A stretch of DNA of 64,000 nt from Podarcis pityusensis (taxonomy: Eukaryota). This document shows, in pieces, positions 40,501 through 52,884 of the stretch. The DNA lies in NCBI GenBank assembly GCA_964106645.2, contig OZ067043.1, one strand, 5' to 3'. The translations under genes and the position numbers were made by a program. Within the stretch, counting starts at the first letter, position 1; each line of letters begins with the position of its first letter. The notes under the pieces are model-generated. The model was given only the letters and a program-made list of their open reading frames with translations. It ran no database searches and had not been told where the DNA came from.

Positions 40501-40865
40501 TGTCAGGGAGAGGCAAACGGGAAAAGATGAAAGGACAGAAACCAGCAGTTATAGAGAGCCTAAAGAGATTATCAGCAGCTTGTCGTCTGAAAGTGGGTCT
40601 GACGTAGAGGGGGAGGAGGATGAGCCTGGCACAAGTCAGTCGGTATACAGAGGAAGTAAGGGGAGGAGTTTTCGCAGACTTGCATGCTGGATGCGGAAAA
40701 GGAAGAAGAAAGATTAGAGGCAGCAACTGCGCACAAGGGGAAGGACGCTAACTGAAATGCTGGAGATGTACGCTTGAACTTTGTCAAATAAATCAAATTG
40801 TTTGGAACTGGCTGGGAGCCCGGAGTCTTATCTATGGCCAGCTGGACAGCATTAAGCCTCTGACA
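40501..40865 (+). mobile_element. Solo-LTR-like element of a related family (365 bp), inserted into an old SINE-like remnant
   Basis: TGTCA...TGACA termini, 5-bp TSD GGTGG (40496-40500 and 40866-40870), AATAAA at ~40787, same 5' start TGTCAGGGA as copies A and B. Confidence 0.85.
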
Positions 40866-41298
40866 GGTGGGATATAAATCTAATGGATAAATAAAACCAC
40901 TCAAGTTTGAACTAAGGTAAATTGAAGTAAGTCATTTTGCTCATTTTAAAACATACCATTCTCATACAGATCTCCAAAGATCTCCAACACAGACTACACA
41001 GGCCCAATACATATTACCTGGTTTCAAATTGACATTAACCCCTGATGGAAACTTTGTTCATGTCAAATCTAAACAACTCTTCGGTTGTGCCTGACACAAC
41101 CCAAAAGCCAGCCAAATTTGAGTTAACGAAAAATAGTATTGCACACCAAGCAGTGTGAGATTGCAGGAGTTCCAGCTGCTTGCCCAGGGTTCATGTTTCC
41201 TTTTGGAATGAGGTTCAGCGGAGACTGTGGTGTCTTTAGGATATATGGTTTATTTACATATATACAACCTGAGCCTACGATTGGGGGGTTCACAGCAT

Positions 41299-41592
41299 CA
41301 GGGCCGTCTTAAGCATATCCAGCACCATGGTGCAAAGATCCCTCCGCCTGCTCCCATTTCCCATAGTTGTCAATCTTTTCCCAAGCCCCTGCGGTGATCG
41401 CTCTCCTCCCATGTAGGCTTGGGAAGGAAGCTGCAAGCTCTTCAGCCGTATGGTTGACAGGGTGCTGTGGGTGTGCAGGGAAAGGGGAGGCCGCCGGCAA
41501 AGCCGCGCAGCTCCCCCACTCACTGGGCGCCCCTGAGAGGCTGGCACCCTGCCGCAGGCGCGCCACTAAGCCCAATGGGAAAGACGGCTCTG
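41299..41592. mobile_element. hAT-type MITE
   Basis: TIR CAGGGCCGTCTT / AAGACGGCTCTG and perfect 8-bp TSD CACAGCAT. Confidence 0.88.
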
Positions 41593-41942
41593 CACAGCAT
41601 CAACACCCCAAAAAGGTTTTGTTTCTTCCATAGCCACAGGCTTAGATTCAAAGAGACATCAAACATTGCTCTGCCTCCCAGTTTGCTACTTTCCATCTGG
41701 CTTACATCACTGCAACTCAACTCTAAATTCTGCTTCATCCTTCTAGCTGTGAGATGGGGAGGAGCCCTACCCATCTGCCATCTCCCACAGAGCCCCTTTC
41801 CTTTGTATCCCTTAATGGCCCATCACCCAAGCTATTACCTCAACACAGGAAGCTAGTCTGGCTTATATTTTAATGTTTGCTGGCTCCAGGAGTCAGAAGG
41901 ATCTCACATACAGCCTGCTTCCTCCCCTCCCCAACTCATAAC

Positions 41943-42293
41943 CAGGGGCTGAGCAAGCCAATCGGGTGCCTGGGGTGGTGCGTGCGCCCTGTGCCCAGGG
42001 GTGGGGCCTAGCAGCCCACAGAGTGGGGCAGGGCACTCCAGGAGGCCTCCAGGAAGTCTGCCTGTCTCCTCCCACTCAGCCTCCCTACAGTTTAGGGGGA
42101 GGCAGCGGGCAGACTGTTTGGGGCAGTGCAGAGCCTATGGGCACCCAAGCCACTGCGTCACTCCCAGGAGAGATGCGTGGCTCGGGCGCGCTGCAGGCCC
42201 CACAGTGAGTGCCACCCGGCATTTTGTCACCCCCCTCAGTGGTGACAACCGGGACAGACCGCCCACCACTACACCCCCGTTTCTCTGCCCCTG
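41943..42293. mobile_element. hAT-type MITE
   Basis: TIR CAGGGGCTGAG / CTCTGCCCCTG and perfect 8-bp TSD CTCATAAC. Confidence 0.88.
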
Positions 42294-43184
42294 CTCATAA
42301 CACCAGCAATTTATATATTTAGTTGTATGTGCACATCTCTATCTATTCTCACTTCTACAGAAGCCATTGTGCTCTCTTTATGTGATAACATTGTTCAGAC
42401 CTTGTATTTTTCTACCCCTGCTTGTTGAAAATGCAAACATATCATCAAATCTTGATGATAATAATAATAATAATAATAATAAAAACCAGCAGTGGCAATA
42501 TTAGTTTAACCAAACACAAACACAAGGTGTGAGAGAGCTTTGCTCCCTGCCCATTTTATGGTGTGGAAATAAACACCTTTGTTTTATACAACAACAGTCA
42601 AAACACAGTTGGTACCAGCACCACGGCGGTGAATTGGAACACGCTGAACAATGAGAGTCGTGAGCTAGAAAATCTAAGCAGAATATAGCCAACAGTAATA
42701 ATGGGTAAACACATTTAACAGTTTTCACAAATCCGTGCAAAAGAAAAATATGTATCTGATCTTCACAGTGCACAGCTTGGCATTTAAGTTTCTTGTCAGT
42801 TACTCAAATGGGAGGGAATGATGTTACCTTGCCATTCTTTGAGATGTTGCCTGTTGATATTCTACTGACTGACATTTCCCCTTGTTGAACAGCTAGAGTT
42901 TGTCATCAGGTGCTTCTCTGACAGCACCTGCCACAGGCTGGGTCTCTTAGGCACTGTGCAATTAATATTGCATTTAATATTGCACTGACAGAAAGGGAAC
43001 ATTAGAATTTGGTACTAATCATACAAGGGTTGCTCCAATTTGCACCAACTGTTTATTGCTATGGATGCCAGTGTTTTTTGGACAATGTTTTTTTCTATTT
43101 TTCTAGAGGAGTAGTGGTTTGGGAAATTTAAGTATCATTGATTGTATCATCTGCTTTTAAGCACAGAAGAGATAAGTTTCATTG

Positions 43185-43539
43185 AAGGTGAAGGGGTGAA
43201 GGGGCCCCTGACCATTAGGTCCAGTTGTGGCCAACTCTGGGGTTGCGGCGCTCATCTCGCTTTATTGGCCGAGGGAGCCGGCGTACAGCTTCCGGGTCAT
43301 GTGGTCATCATGACTAAGCCGCTTCTGGCAAACTAGAGCAGCGCATGGAAACGCTGTTTACCTTCCTGCCGGAACAGTACCTATTTATCTACTTGCACTT
43401 TAACGTGCTTTCGAACTGCTAGGTTGGCAGGAGCAGGGACCAAGCAACGGGAGCTCACCCCGTGGTGGGGATTCGAACCACCGACCTGATCGGCAAGGCC
43501 TAGGCTCTGTGGTTTAACCCACAGCGCCACCCGCGTTCC
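43185..43539 (-). mobile_element. Sauria-type SINE
   Basis: Reverse complement of the same head and core (gtacctatttatctacttgcacttt; ccacagcgccacccgcg). Confidence 0.85.
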
Positions 43540-43704
43540 TAAATCTGTATTTTGTAGTAAATCAGTACTTTCATTTCCAGGATAAAAAATATTTCAGCAA
43601 TTTGTTTGTTTTGCTATAGGTATTGAAAGAACACAGTGGGTTAGAATTAATTCCAACCCGCTAAGCAATACTTCAGCAATGGTGGGGTCTGGCTGGGTTT
43701 TGAC

Positions 43705-44036
43705 ACGGGCTGGATTTAGGTTTGATGAGACACTAAGCTCCTGAAGGTAATGGGGCCCTTTATATGTCCAGCTGTCCTTTGTCAACAACAAATTGTCGCT
43801 GTTTTTTTGTGTTGAATATATGCTATATGGTAATTTATGGACCTAATAGGTATCTAAAGCCATTTGCACATAACAAAATATGTATTTTATCAAAGTAATT
43901 GTTGAACTGAAATACAATTCAGAAGAAGTATATTAATAGTGAAATACAATTAAGAAGAAGTATATTTTTAGGGAGCCCCCAAGAGAGTGGGGCCCTAAGC
44001 TATACCTTGTTTAGCTTATACGTAAATCCGGCACTG
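43705..44036. mobile_element. hAT-type non-autonomous element, copy 3
   Basis: 8-bp TSD GTTTTGAC. Contains the empty site 'tcaaagTAattgttg' for the 31815 insertion. Confidence 0.85.
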
Positions 44037-44349
44037 GTTTTGACTAATAGAAATGATTAGGGTGTTTCATGTAAATCAGTTTGCAATGGGCTAGCAATGA
44101 GCAGGCACCAATGTGACTTATTCCCCCCCCCCCACAGGAGGGTCCTAATAACTCAGCTTTCTTCCTTTTGCACAACAGCCAAATCAGGCTTATATGCTAG
44201 GTAGGAAACAGTGTGGTTACCTAAACTCTGATACTTCTACACTAATCAAAAACCCATTCCACCTCCAGAAATAAATTTTATAGTGGGAGATATACTATGT
44301 GGTTGGTTAGAGATATAGCAGATCATACATTTTCCAAATCAGCCAGATA

Positions 44350-44910
44350 TAATAATTCAAGCATCATGCAGCTTAAATAGTTTTGAGCAGCTACTCAACT
44401 CAAGCAACACACAAGGAAAGGGAATCATCTCCCATGTATATAAAATCCCCACACAACTGGCTACCCTTCCTTTCACTTTATTAAGACTAAAATGGGGGAA
44501 AGATTTTGGAGAAGTATTAGAAGAAGAACACTGGGAACAAATTTGGAATAAACTACCATTTGGATCCATCTCAATTACAGCGTGAGAAAATGCTTTAAAG
44601 ACACCACATTGCTGGTAAATGTGCCCAGGCAGATTATGTAGAATTAATCGTAACACATCCGTTTGCTGAGGGCAATGCAATTTACCTGGCTCTCTAGAAC
44701 ACATGTGGTAGCTTTGCCCCCAAATTATTCCATTTTTTGAACAGTTAATCAAATGATCCTCCTTTTCTTAGCTGCAGTTAAATTTTTGATTGCAAAACAT
44801 TGGAAAACTTTAATTGCAAATCTTCTTGTAGCCTAGATTTTGCAAGTATGGGACATTGTACTAACGTATCACAAATTAACCGTTTGACAAAAGGAATATT
44901 GATTGGAGTT
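44350..44910 (+). mobile_element. Degenerate L1-like ORF2 fragment (continues after 45485)
   Basis: Remnant codons resembling KW..DFG..LEEEHWEQIW, ENAL, HMW and LIAKHWK, with multiple stops and frameshifts. Confidence 0.55.
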
Positions 44911-44913
44911 GGG

Positions 44914-45484
44914 TGTCAGCATCGCCCTTGAGCCAGTGCCACTAACTGGACTCATCCACTTCAACCCCGACTGGGCTAGGCGAGCTGGGTAGCACTTCCA
45001 GAGACCACCTTCTGCACAGGAACAGGTCAAAGTGCTGTGGACTCACAGCTTAGTGTTGTGAGCACCGGATTCACTCCCACAAGAAGACAGTCGTTGCACA
45101 GCAGAGTATAGCAGAGTACAGCAGAGCATAAACGACTCGGAGAGCAGCTCTGTAGAATATCTTCTTTTATTCTATCTACAACTATAATACACAACTATGT
45201 ACAGAGCTAAATGAGGTCTAAACTAAAAAAACAAACTGAACTGCACTGAGTGTCTGCAGCTGCTCTTAGCAGCAACCTTATCTATACACACGATCTCCAA
45301 CACTCAGTCTCTCTCTCCAACTCACTGACTGACTGACTGATGTTAGGCTGGAGCGGAATAAGTAGAGAGCAGAACACCACCCCTCCTCTCTGGAAAATCA
45401 CCAGACTCATCAGCAGATTCTTGGATATGGGAGGGGTGAAATCTCCTCATGGGGGGGGGAGAGACTCACACCTTCTAAATGACA
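44914..45484 (-). mobile_element. Probable solo LTR interrupting the L1 remnant
   Basis: TGTCA...TGACA termini, minus-strand AATAAA (tttatt at ~45166), imperfect flanks tggg/tggt. Confidence 0.5.
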
Positions 45485-47175
45485 TGGTATCCTTTAAATG
45501 ACCTTGTTAAGGCAATTAAACCTTTTTTTTTTTTTTTACCCTTTATCAACTCATGGAAACTGATGGAGGCACTTTCATTTGACAGCCTTTCTTGGCACAT
45601 CTAAAACTACAACCATCAGCCACTAGTTTTCTTTCTTTTCTGCACAACTACTAAGCTCTGCATTCTTTGTATGGGTATGTTTTGTTACTTGGAATTAAAA
45701 CTCAGTTTTTAAAAATGGATCTTTAAAATTAGAGCTGTCTGATTTCTCCATGTTTCGTGCATACTCAGTATCCCCTAGGAGCAGTCGTGCAACAGAATTC
45801 TCCTGCATGCGTCTGGTGACAGGACTGTGACTTCCAGAACTTTTCTGTAGTTTGCTGTGAAAAACAATGAGATATATACATTTGGATCCAGACCAACACA
45901 GTGCAACCCTACCCTGTTTTAGGATCATCCTCTTTTAGACTTCAATCCTTCATCCAGTTACATGCATGACGGATGGCAGAATGGAACAGGGTGGAGAAAC
46001 TTACAATGTGATGATATCAGGTCGTGAGTTAAGTATAACTACATGTTATGAAAGGGGAGGGGAAGAACATGACAAGTTGTTGATGGAACCAGCCCTGCAT
46101 CATGCTCAGGGCTAGTTCTGCCACAATGGTCCCTAGGAGTTGTGGTGGGGGAGAAATTGCAAAGGTAATTGGGAAGGGGGAGACATGTCAAAAAAGGGGG
46201 AGTATTAAATCAGTGACACGTGATACTTGTTCAAGAAATGAAGAACCCTGGAACTGTATTCAAGTGTCTTGGAAGTTAGTGAGATGCAATTGGTTCTGGA
46301 AAACACAATGCAAGCTGCTCAATATAGGTGCACGATACCTATACGTGCCCATCCTCCACAGATTTATATAGTCAGTGACAGCCACAATGCTTATAATAAG
46401 CAGGTCGTGGTCTCTAGGACTGATCATTTGCAAAACGGATAGAAATATAGCACGGAGGTTGCATAATGAATAGCAGGACACTCCCTTTCCTGCAAGTATT
46501 TGTTATGACATGACGCAAGTTATTCATGCCACTAACTGACATGAAACTCAGCTATGCGTATGCACAAAAATGGTGCATACCCAGAGGGCGTAGTCCCCAT
46601 TCTAAAATTCTTCAGATTTTAAAGAATGATACGACTGTCACAGCCAAGCAACCAAGAAGCAAACTGATTTATATAGCACTCCATCAACAGCCAGGTTACA
46701 ATTATGAAGCAGTGACTTCTCAAGTATGTAGGGGAATCAAACCCAACACAAAGCTTATTTTTAAGTTTATGCGAACTTCCTAGCAGCCACAGATTAATTA
46801 ATGTATTTGTGTGGCACTGACAGTAATTAAAACAGTGCACAGATGATTTGGCTGTAAAGTACCATGCTGATCGGCTCAGCACCTTACAATATTTCTGAAT
46901 AGCACACAAAACTTCTTAGGACTACATTTGGGTTGCTCTGAAGTACACCCCACCAAAAAGAAAATCATGGGAACTATTGTTTACCCCCAAATTATGATTC
47001 CCAGCAACCTTAATAAACTTCTAGGAGGGAGTATGCTATTTTTTATTTTTTTAAAAAAAATATTAAAGATTTTCTTGGTATACAGAAGTATGTGCATCAT
47101 CTCCTTTTTCAGGTTGTAAAGTCTTTTCTACAGATCAGTTAGATCTGTTATTAGACAGTAGTGTTGAGAACCGTT

Positions 47176-47401
47176 CAGTGGTACCTCGGGTTAAGAACTT
47201 AATTTGTTCCAGAGGTCCATTCTTAACCTGAAACTGTTCTTAACCTGAAGCACCACTTTAGCTAATGGGGCCTCCTGCTGCTGCCGTGCTGCCTGAGCAC
47301 GATTTCTGTTCTCATCCTGAAGCAAAGTTCTTAACCCAAGGTACTATTTCTGGGTTAGCCGAGTCTGTAACCTGAAGTGTCTGTAACCCAAGGTACCGCT
47401 G
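47176..47401. mobile_element. Tigger-like MITE (CAGTGGTACCTCGG family)
   Basis: TIR similarity and near identity to the copies at 47498, 51705 and 56408. Confidence 0.85.
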
Positions 47402-47497
47402 TATAAGGTTGGGGAAGAAGGGGTGGGGTGGTGAAACTTAAATTATTTTATACTGTAGGGTTTTGTGTCAGCGTCAACTGGGTAGGTTCTCTGACTA

Positions 47498-47739
47498 CAG
47501 TGGTACCTCGGATTAAGTACTTAATTCGTTCCGGAGGTCCGTTCTTAACCTGAAACTGTTCTTAACCTGAAGCACCACTTTAGCTAATGGGGCCTCCTCC
47601 TGCTGCTGCGCCGCCGGAGCATGATTTCTGTTCTCATCCTGAAGCAAAGTTCTTAACCCAAGGTACTATTTCTGGGTTAGCCGAGTCTGTAACCTGAAGT
47701 GTATGTAACCTGAAGCGTATGTAACCCGAGGTACCACTG
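47498..47739. mobile_element. Tigger-like MITE (CAGTGGTACCTCGG family)
   Basis: TA-CAGTGGTACCTCGG...CCGAGGTACCACTG-TA. Confidence 0.9.
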
Positions 47740-48329
47740 TATTCACTTATTACATTTCCTTGGTAGTGAGAGGGATTTGGGGAGGGGATATGCTATTTAT
47801 CAGAGTTGTATCCTGTTCCACTCTTCATCCAAGTAGCTCAGGATGGCATATAGTAAACCACACTGGGAATTCTGAATGGAAGGGTGGGCTTAAGTAGAAG
47901 ACATTTTGCTGCCTGATGCAAGAGAAGATGGTGTCTCTCACAACTCCCTGCCATTCCACCTACAAAAGCTGACAGGACTGGTAGCTTTAATCTCATTTCA
48001 ACACTGGGAATCGGGCCATGTCCTCCAGCACACCTAAAGTCAGCTTTAGGCACACACCCTGTTGTCCAGTGCTGCTCTCTGCCCATCTGTTCCCTTGTTC
48101 TGCCTAACAGTATTAGATACATGAGGTTAAGTGTTGCGTGGATGGCTGTGTGAATCTATTTCTCACAGGTCCAAGTCCAGCAGCACGCATTCTACCCAAT
48201 ACATCAGACTCCTCCTCGTTCAGCAACATGGAAGGAAGCGCAAAATGCCTCCCGATTCGAGCAAACACCCTTATGGTGACTTAACGCCTCCAGCACGTTT
48301 GCTGCACGTAAGGAAAGTCCTTTGACCGG

Positions 48330-49200
48330 GGCAAAAAGTTCATTAAGGGCTCGCCCAATGTACCCCTGCAGCTTCCCGCTGAATAGCGAGCTGCGTAGGA
48401 GCAGCAAACACGTGGGCGCAACGTCACATTGCAAGCGAGCACCACTGCGCGGCATCCTAAAAGAACTACGGATTTGAGGGGGCGGGCGACGACGCCTGAC
48501 TTGGCTTCAAACCCATTCGTGGAGTAGGCTCAGACCAACTGGCCTTAGCTCTAGAATACGGTTTTTTCAAATAAAATAAAAAACAGTGTCTCTGAGCATG
48601 TCTGGAGTTTCTCATCGCGTGCCCCGAGCCTGGAGCTGGGTCGCGCACGCGGCCTCCCCCAAGGCGAGGACGCTTCTCCTCCGAAGCCCCGATCGGCCAC
48701 GGAATCCCTCGGCCCAGGATCGCCTCGCCGCTCGCTTCCCTTTTCGGGATCGCCCGGCCCTGCGTGGCCGGCTGACGCCCTGCCCGAGTCACAATGAGCC
48801 GTCCCCGCAGGACGCGGCGCCGCACCGCGCTCTCCCGGGCGGCAGAGGGTGGCGGCACCAGGCGGCGAAGGTCACCATGCGCCCGGGCGCAGCGGCCCAG
48901 CCTTCCCTCCTCCTCCCGGGCGGCGCTTTTCCCGGCGCTTAGGGAAATCGCGAGGTGGCGGAGGAGGAGCTGCCGAGTGACGCGACGGGAGGACACCGCG
49001 GGGAGGCTTCCCTCGAAGGTAGGCGGCGGCGGTGGCGGGGCTGCTGGGCTCCGAGGAGAGAGGGGCGGAGTCCCACGAGGGAGTTCCTGGAGCATCTTTC
49101 CAGGATTGGAGAGCGCCAACGCCGGTCCCTTGAAGGTGTCCAGTCCAGCAGCTTATCCGGAACACCAGCCGCTGCGGGACGTGGGCTACGTGCCTAAATC
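48330..49200. promoter_or_regulatory. CpG island; candidate promoter/first non-coding exon of CIMIP3 (possible donor AAG|GTAGGC after 49018)
   Basis: Abrupt GC- and CpG-rich segment in an AT-rich background. CCAAT at ~48355, CACGTG at ~48409, GC boxes at ~48479 and ~49062. The island is clear; its assignment to CIMIP3 is inference. Confidence 0.7.
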
Positions 49201-51704
49201 AAATCCACCTTATCTGGATTGCATAGGAAGGACGTTGTCTTCCCATAGCGTAAAATGCCCAAACACAGAGAGGTTTTCTCTGGCAGCAAAAAAGGAAGCA
49301 GCTAGGCGCAGGATGGGAAAGAGGGGACCCCATAGAAGGGACTGTATTTAGAAGAGTTATTGGGTGGAGCTCAAGGAATGGTGCGTTTGGGTAGCTAGTG
49401 GCTCATAACCACCGTCTGTGTGTTTCTAAATGCCAGTTGCTGGAAACCCCAGAAAGAGAGAGATCTGATGCTCTCAGGTCTTTCCTGTTGGCTTCCCATA
49501 GGCATCTGCTTGGCCAAAGTGAGAACAGGATGCTGGGCTATATGGACCACTGACCTGCCTGATCCAGCAGGCTCTCCTTATATCCATTCATATATCCTTT
49601 TTGTACTTGTATGGAATTTTGGGAGTCACCAGGTGGTGGGAATTATGGAACTGTGTTGCCTTGATGGGGAAAAGATCCAGCTAGCAACAGTCTGGATAGC
49701 CACCAACTTATTGACTCAATATTTACAGCCACAGGCGTTTTGGATCAAATAGTTTTTGGAAGGTCTATTTTGCCCTATACAAGGACCCTGCTTTTATGTA
49801 CTGTGGCTGTAGTGCAGTTGGGGGTGCGGTACCTTCTGAACCCCTGCAGGAGCATGTATAAATTTGACTGTACATGCATAGGTCCCTGTGCAAATGAAAC
49901 CAAGATATATGAAGGTCAGGAGAGGTGCCAGTGTGGGCATGATATTGATCTCTCCAGGGATGGTTTTTCTTGGTCACAAAGATTCTGATCCATTCTGTCA
50001 AGCGGCATGTTTGTTTTCTATAAAGCAGCCAATGAAACAGTAAACCTAATATGAACTTAAACATTGTCTCTATAACAAGCACTTCATCAGAGGCAGGCAA
50101 AGAGCAAATGTAGGAACCGCGAGGAAAGAATATAGAACTCATCAATAATGTAAAATGATGAGATGGAGTCGAGAGAAGAGCGATCTGGAGGTGTAATTCA
50201 GGCTGTTTCTCAGCTTGATCTCTGCCCTCCCTTTGAACTCTGCCTGGAGGTTACTCTGGAAGCTAGGTAGCTGATGGTTTAAGAATGCCTAGAACCTCTC
50301 TGTTGCAATTCAACAAACCAGCTGAAAAACGGAGGTGTCATTTAGCCGTACCAGCTTATAGCTCTTGACAGGGGTATCCTTCATGAAATTGTTCTGTCCT
50401 TCCTCAAAGCCTTCTGAGCTGGTAGCCATCAGAACCCCCTTATGGCGGTGAATTCTATGTTAAATGTGCACTTGGCCAGGGGTCATCAAGACAGCATCTT
50501 GGGGCACCAGAACCAGTGTGCCCACCAGAATCTCCTGTGTCACCTGTGAAGGGTATTTGCAAACATCTCCTCAGAAATCCACTGTGCATGGGAGACTGTT
50601 CTCTCTCCTCAATTTCCCTTTGCACTGGTTTAGCCTCTCCTTAAACATGCCCACATTTCATTGGACAGAAGAGGGGCACAGAGCTTCTCCCTGGGAGTGA
50701 GCACTGCACTAGCTGATATAGGTGCCTTTTCCAACACGCCTGTACCATTTTGTGGCCATCTCTTTTTCTGCCCTTTAAGATATGGCAGCCATTTTGAGAC
50801 TGGCACAAACACTCCAAATGTACCAACTGCATTAGGGCAGTTGCGTGTGTGTTTGCAGGCACAGGAGTGCACAGCGGGCCAGTAAAAAAAGGTGACACCC
50901 TTATTTATAATCCTAGTGTGGATCATTTCTTAGTTCCCATGACTTCATCCCAAGTGTGTGCCTGTGTTTCTGGGAGGTTTGTTGCCCATGTCATTTCTTA
51001 TGGGCACATTACTAGTTGCCGCAGGCTTTGAAAAAGGTTAACAAGACAGCTTGCTAGTTAATCTGGAAAATATGTCGTGTTAGGAAACACCCAATATTTT
51101 GCACCTCTATGAGAAGCTTTAATGAATACAGGAAGGCTGAGAACCATTTCTTTTGCAGTTGGGTCCTGTGGAGCACTTTTAAAACAGAAACAAGGGAGGG
51201 AAGAATCTTTAAAATTTGGATTTATTTTATTTTTGCTTTATTTATCTTCTTTATTAGCCGATGTATATCCCAGTGTTTCTTACTGGAGTGACTCAGCATT
51301 ATTTTTGGTATCTGAACATGGTTCCAGTTGGGTGCATGTGAGGGAAGCATAAGGTACACATGCCTCTCAGCTTATGGACTTTGAAATAAATCTTCAGAAC
51401 GTTAAAATCATGGCATGCTATTTTACAGAGTGTAAGTTTTCTACTAGAGCTAGGGTGGGGAAATGTTTGCAGTCCAAGAGGTTATTTCCCTTCTGGTCCA
51501 CTTTCCAAGGGCGGGGCTGCATGCCAGTGATGGCAAAGCAGCTGGGACATCAAATTTAAAATTTGCATTTATATAGTAGACTTGTTTCTAGAGTTGCCAG
51601 GTCAGGAACACCCCAGCCTCTGAAAGTTCAGGACTGAAACTTGAGATCTTGGGATGGCCTCTGGAGACAGAGGTTAATTGGAATAGAAGAGTGTCTGTCC
51701 TATA

Positions 51705-51930
51705 CAGTGATACCTCGGGTTACATACGCTTCAGGTTACAGACTCTGCTAACCCAGAAATAGTACCTCGGGTTAAGAACTTTGCTTCAGGATGAGAACAG
51801 AAATCGTGCTCCAGCGGCATGGTGGCAGCAGGAGGCCCCATTAGCTAAAGTGGTGCTTCAGGTTAAGAACAGTTTCAGGTTAAGAACGGATCTCCGGAAT
51901 GAATTAAGTACTTAACCAGAAGTACCACTG
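51705..51930. mobile_element. Tigger-like MITE, opposite orientation to the 47.5 kb copy
   Basis: TA-CAGTGATACCTCGG...GTACCACTG-TA, reverse complement of the family body. Confidence 0.88.
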
Positions 51931-52067
51931 TAATTTGAAGCAAACTTCTGCTGGACTGAGGTGTGCAAGCTACACACATGATCTTCTTAATTATTTTTAT
52001 TTTTTATTGCAGGCACCCTTGCCCACCTAGAGATTCAAGCACTCCATTAGCCACCTGGATTTAAAAA

Positions 52068-52082
52068 ATGCAAAGGCAGAAA
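52068..52082 (+). CDS. CIMIP3: Putative CIMIP3 start-codon segment (MQRQK) within a 70-nt exon at 52013-52082
   Basis: Strong polypyrimidine acceptor (tttttattgcag, ends 52012) and donor (AA|GTAAGT, 52083). ATG CAA AGG CAG AAA splices in phase 0 onto ACC AAG GCA CCC ATG at 54229, in frame with the main ORF. Confidence 0.55.
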
Positions 52083-52362
52083 GTAAGTGACCATTTGCTC
52101 TGGTATAGCATGCCCTGTCAAAAATAGGGGCATGCTTGCAATAATTCTATTTTCATAACAGCGACTGCTGCCTGACACCCATTATTAGACATTGCTGGAG
52201 GTTCTGCTGTAGCCTGATTTAAAATATGCTGGTGTTTGTTCTTTTGGCTCAATAAACAGTCAGAAAGCAGAACTGTCCCACAGCAGTTGGTACCCTCACA
52301 GCTGCAGCATGTGAAGTTTGCTTGCACCAGTGAGTAGATGAATCCTTCTCATAGAAATATTA

Positions 52363-52884
52363 TGCTACATGCCACCCCAAACTCCAAGTGGTGAGACTCC
52401 AGGGATACCAGCACTTTCCTGGGGCTCAGGTTCCTTGGAAAGACAGCAGAGACTATGGTCTCTTTAAGTTATATGGTTTTATTTACACATATATACAACC
52501 TGAGCATAGGATGGAGGGGCTTATAGCCCCAAAAGATCTTGCTTCCCCATTAGTCACAGCTTTGGATTCATTACAGAGCAAGACATATGTATGTCCCCAG
52601 TTCTTGTAGCATCTCCCCTTCAGTTTTCAGCTCACTCACATAGCTGTTCTCTAGCCCAGCCCCATTTTTTTGCTCTTTTGGTTGTTGCAGCTATTGCAAC
52701 CCAGCTTATCCCTTTGGAAAGCCCATCAGGACATTATGTGGCCAGTTGGTCTTCATCTCCAAAGAAACTTGATTGACTGGTTGCCCAGCTTCCCCCAAAC
52801 ACAGTGCTTTTTTCAAGGGGGGTGGGACTCAGTACCAGCATCTCTTTTCTGTTGTTGTTAAAAAGTGTGGCACTTCCTGTAACA
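52363..52884 (-). mobile_element. LTR-like repeat, family copy 2
   Basis: Same core as the 41.2 kb and 58.5 kb copies, ends ...TAACA. Boundaries approximate. Confidence 0.6.

Larger units (their letters stand above)
41140..42302 (-). mobile_element. LTR-like repeat, family copy 1, hosting two nested hAT MITEs
   Basis: Shares the core 'gagact.tggt.tcttt...atatggtttatt...tatacaacctgagc' with the 52.4 kb and 58.5 kb copies. Minus-strand AATAAA. Boundaries approximate. Confidence 0.6.

Noticed and set aside
48466-49351. Long Arg/Pro/Ala-rich ORFs (217 aa minus, 185 aa plus, 118 aa plus)
   Set aside because: Overlapping open frames on both strands are expected in a stop-poor CpG island. There is no recognisable domain, and the next candidate exon (52013) closes all three frames.
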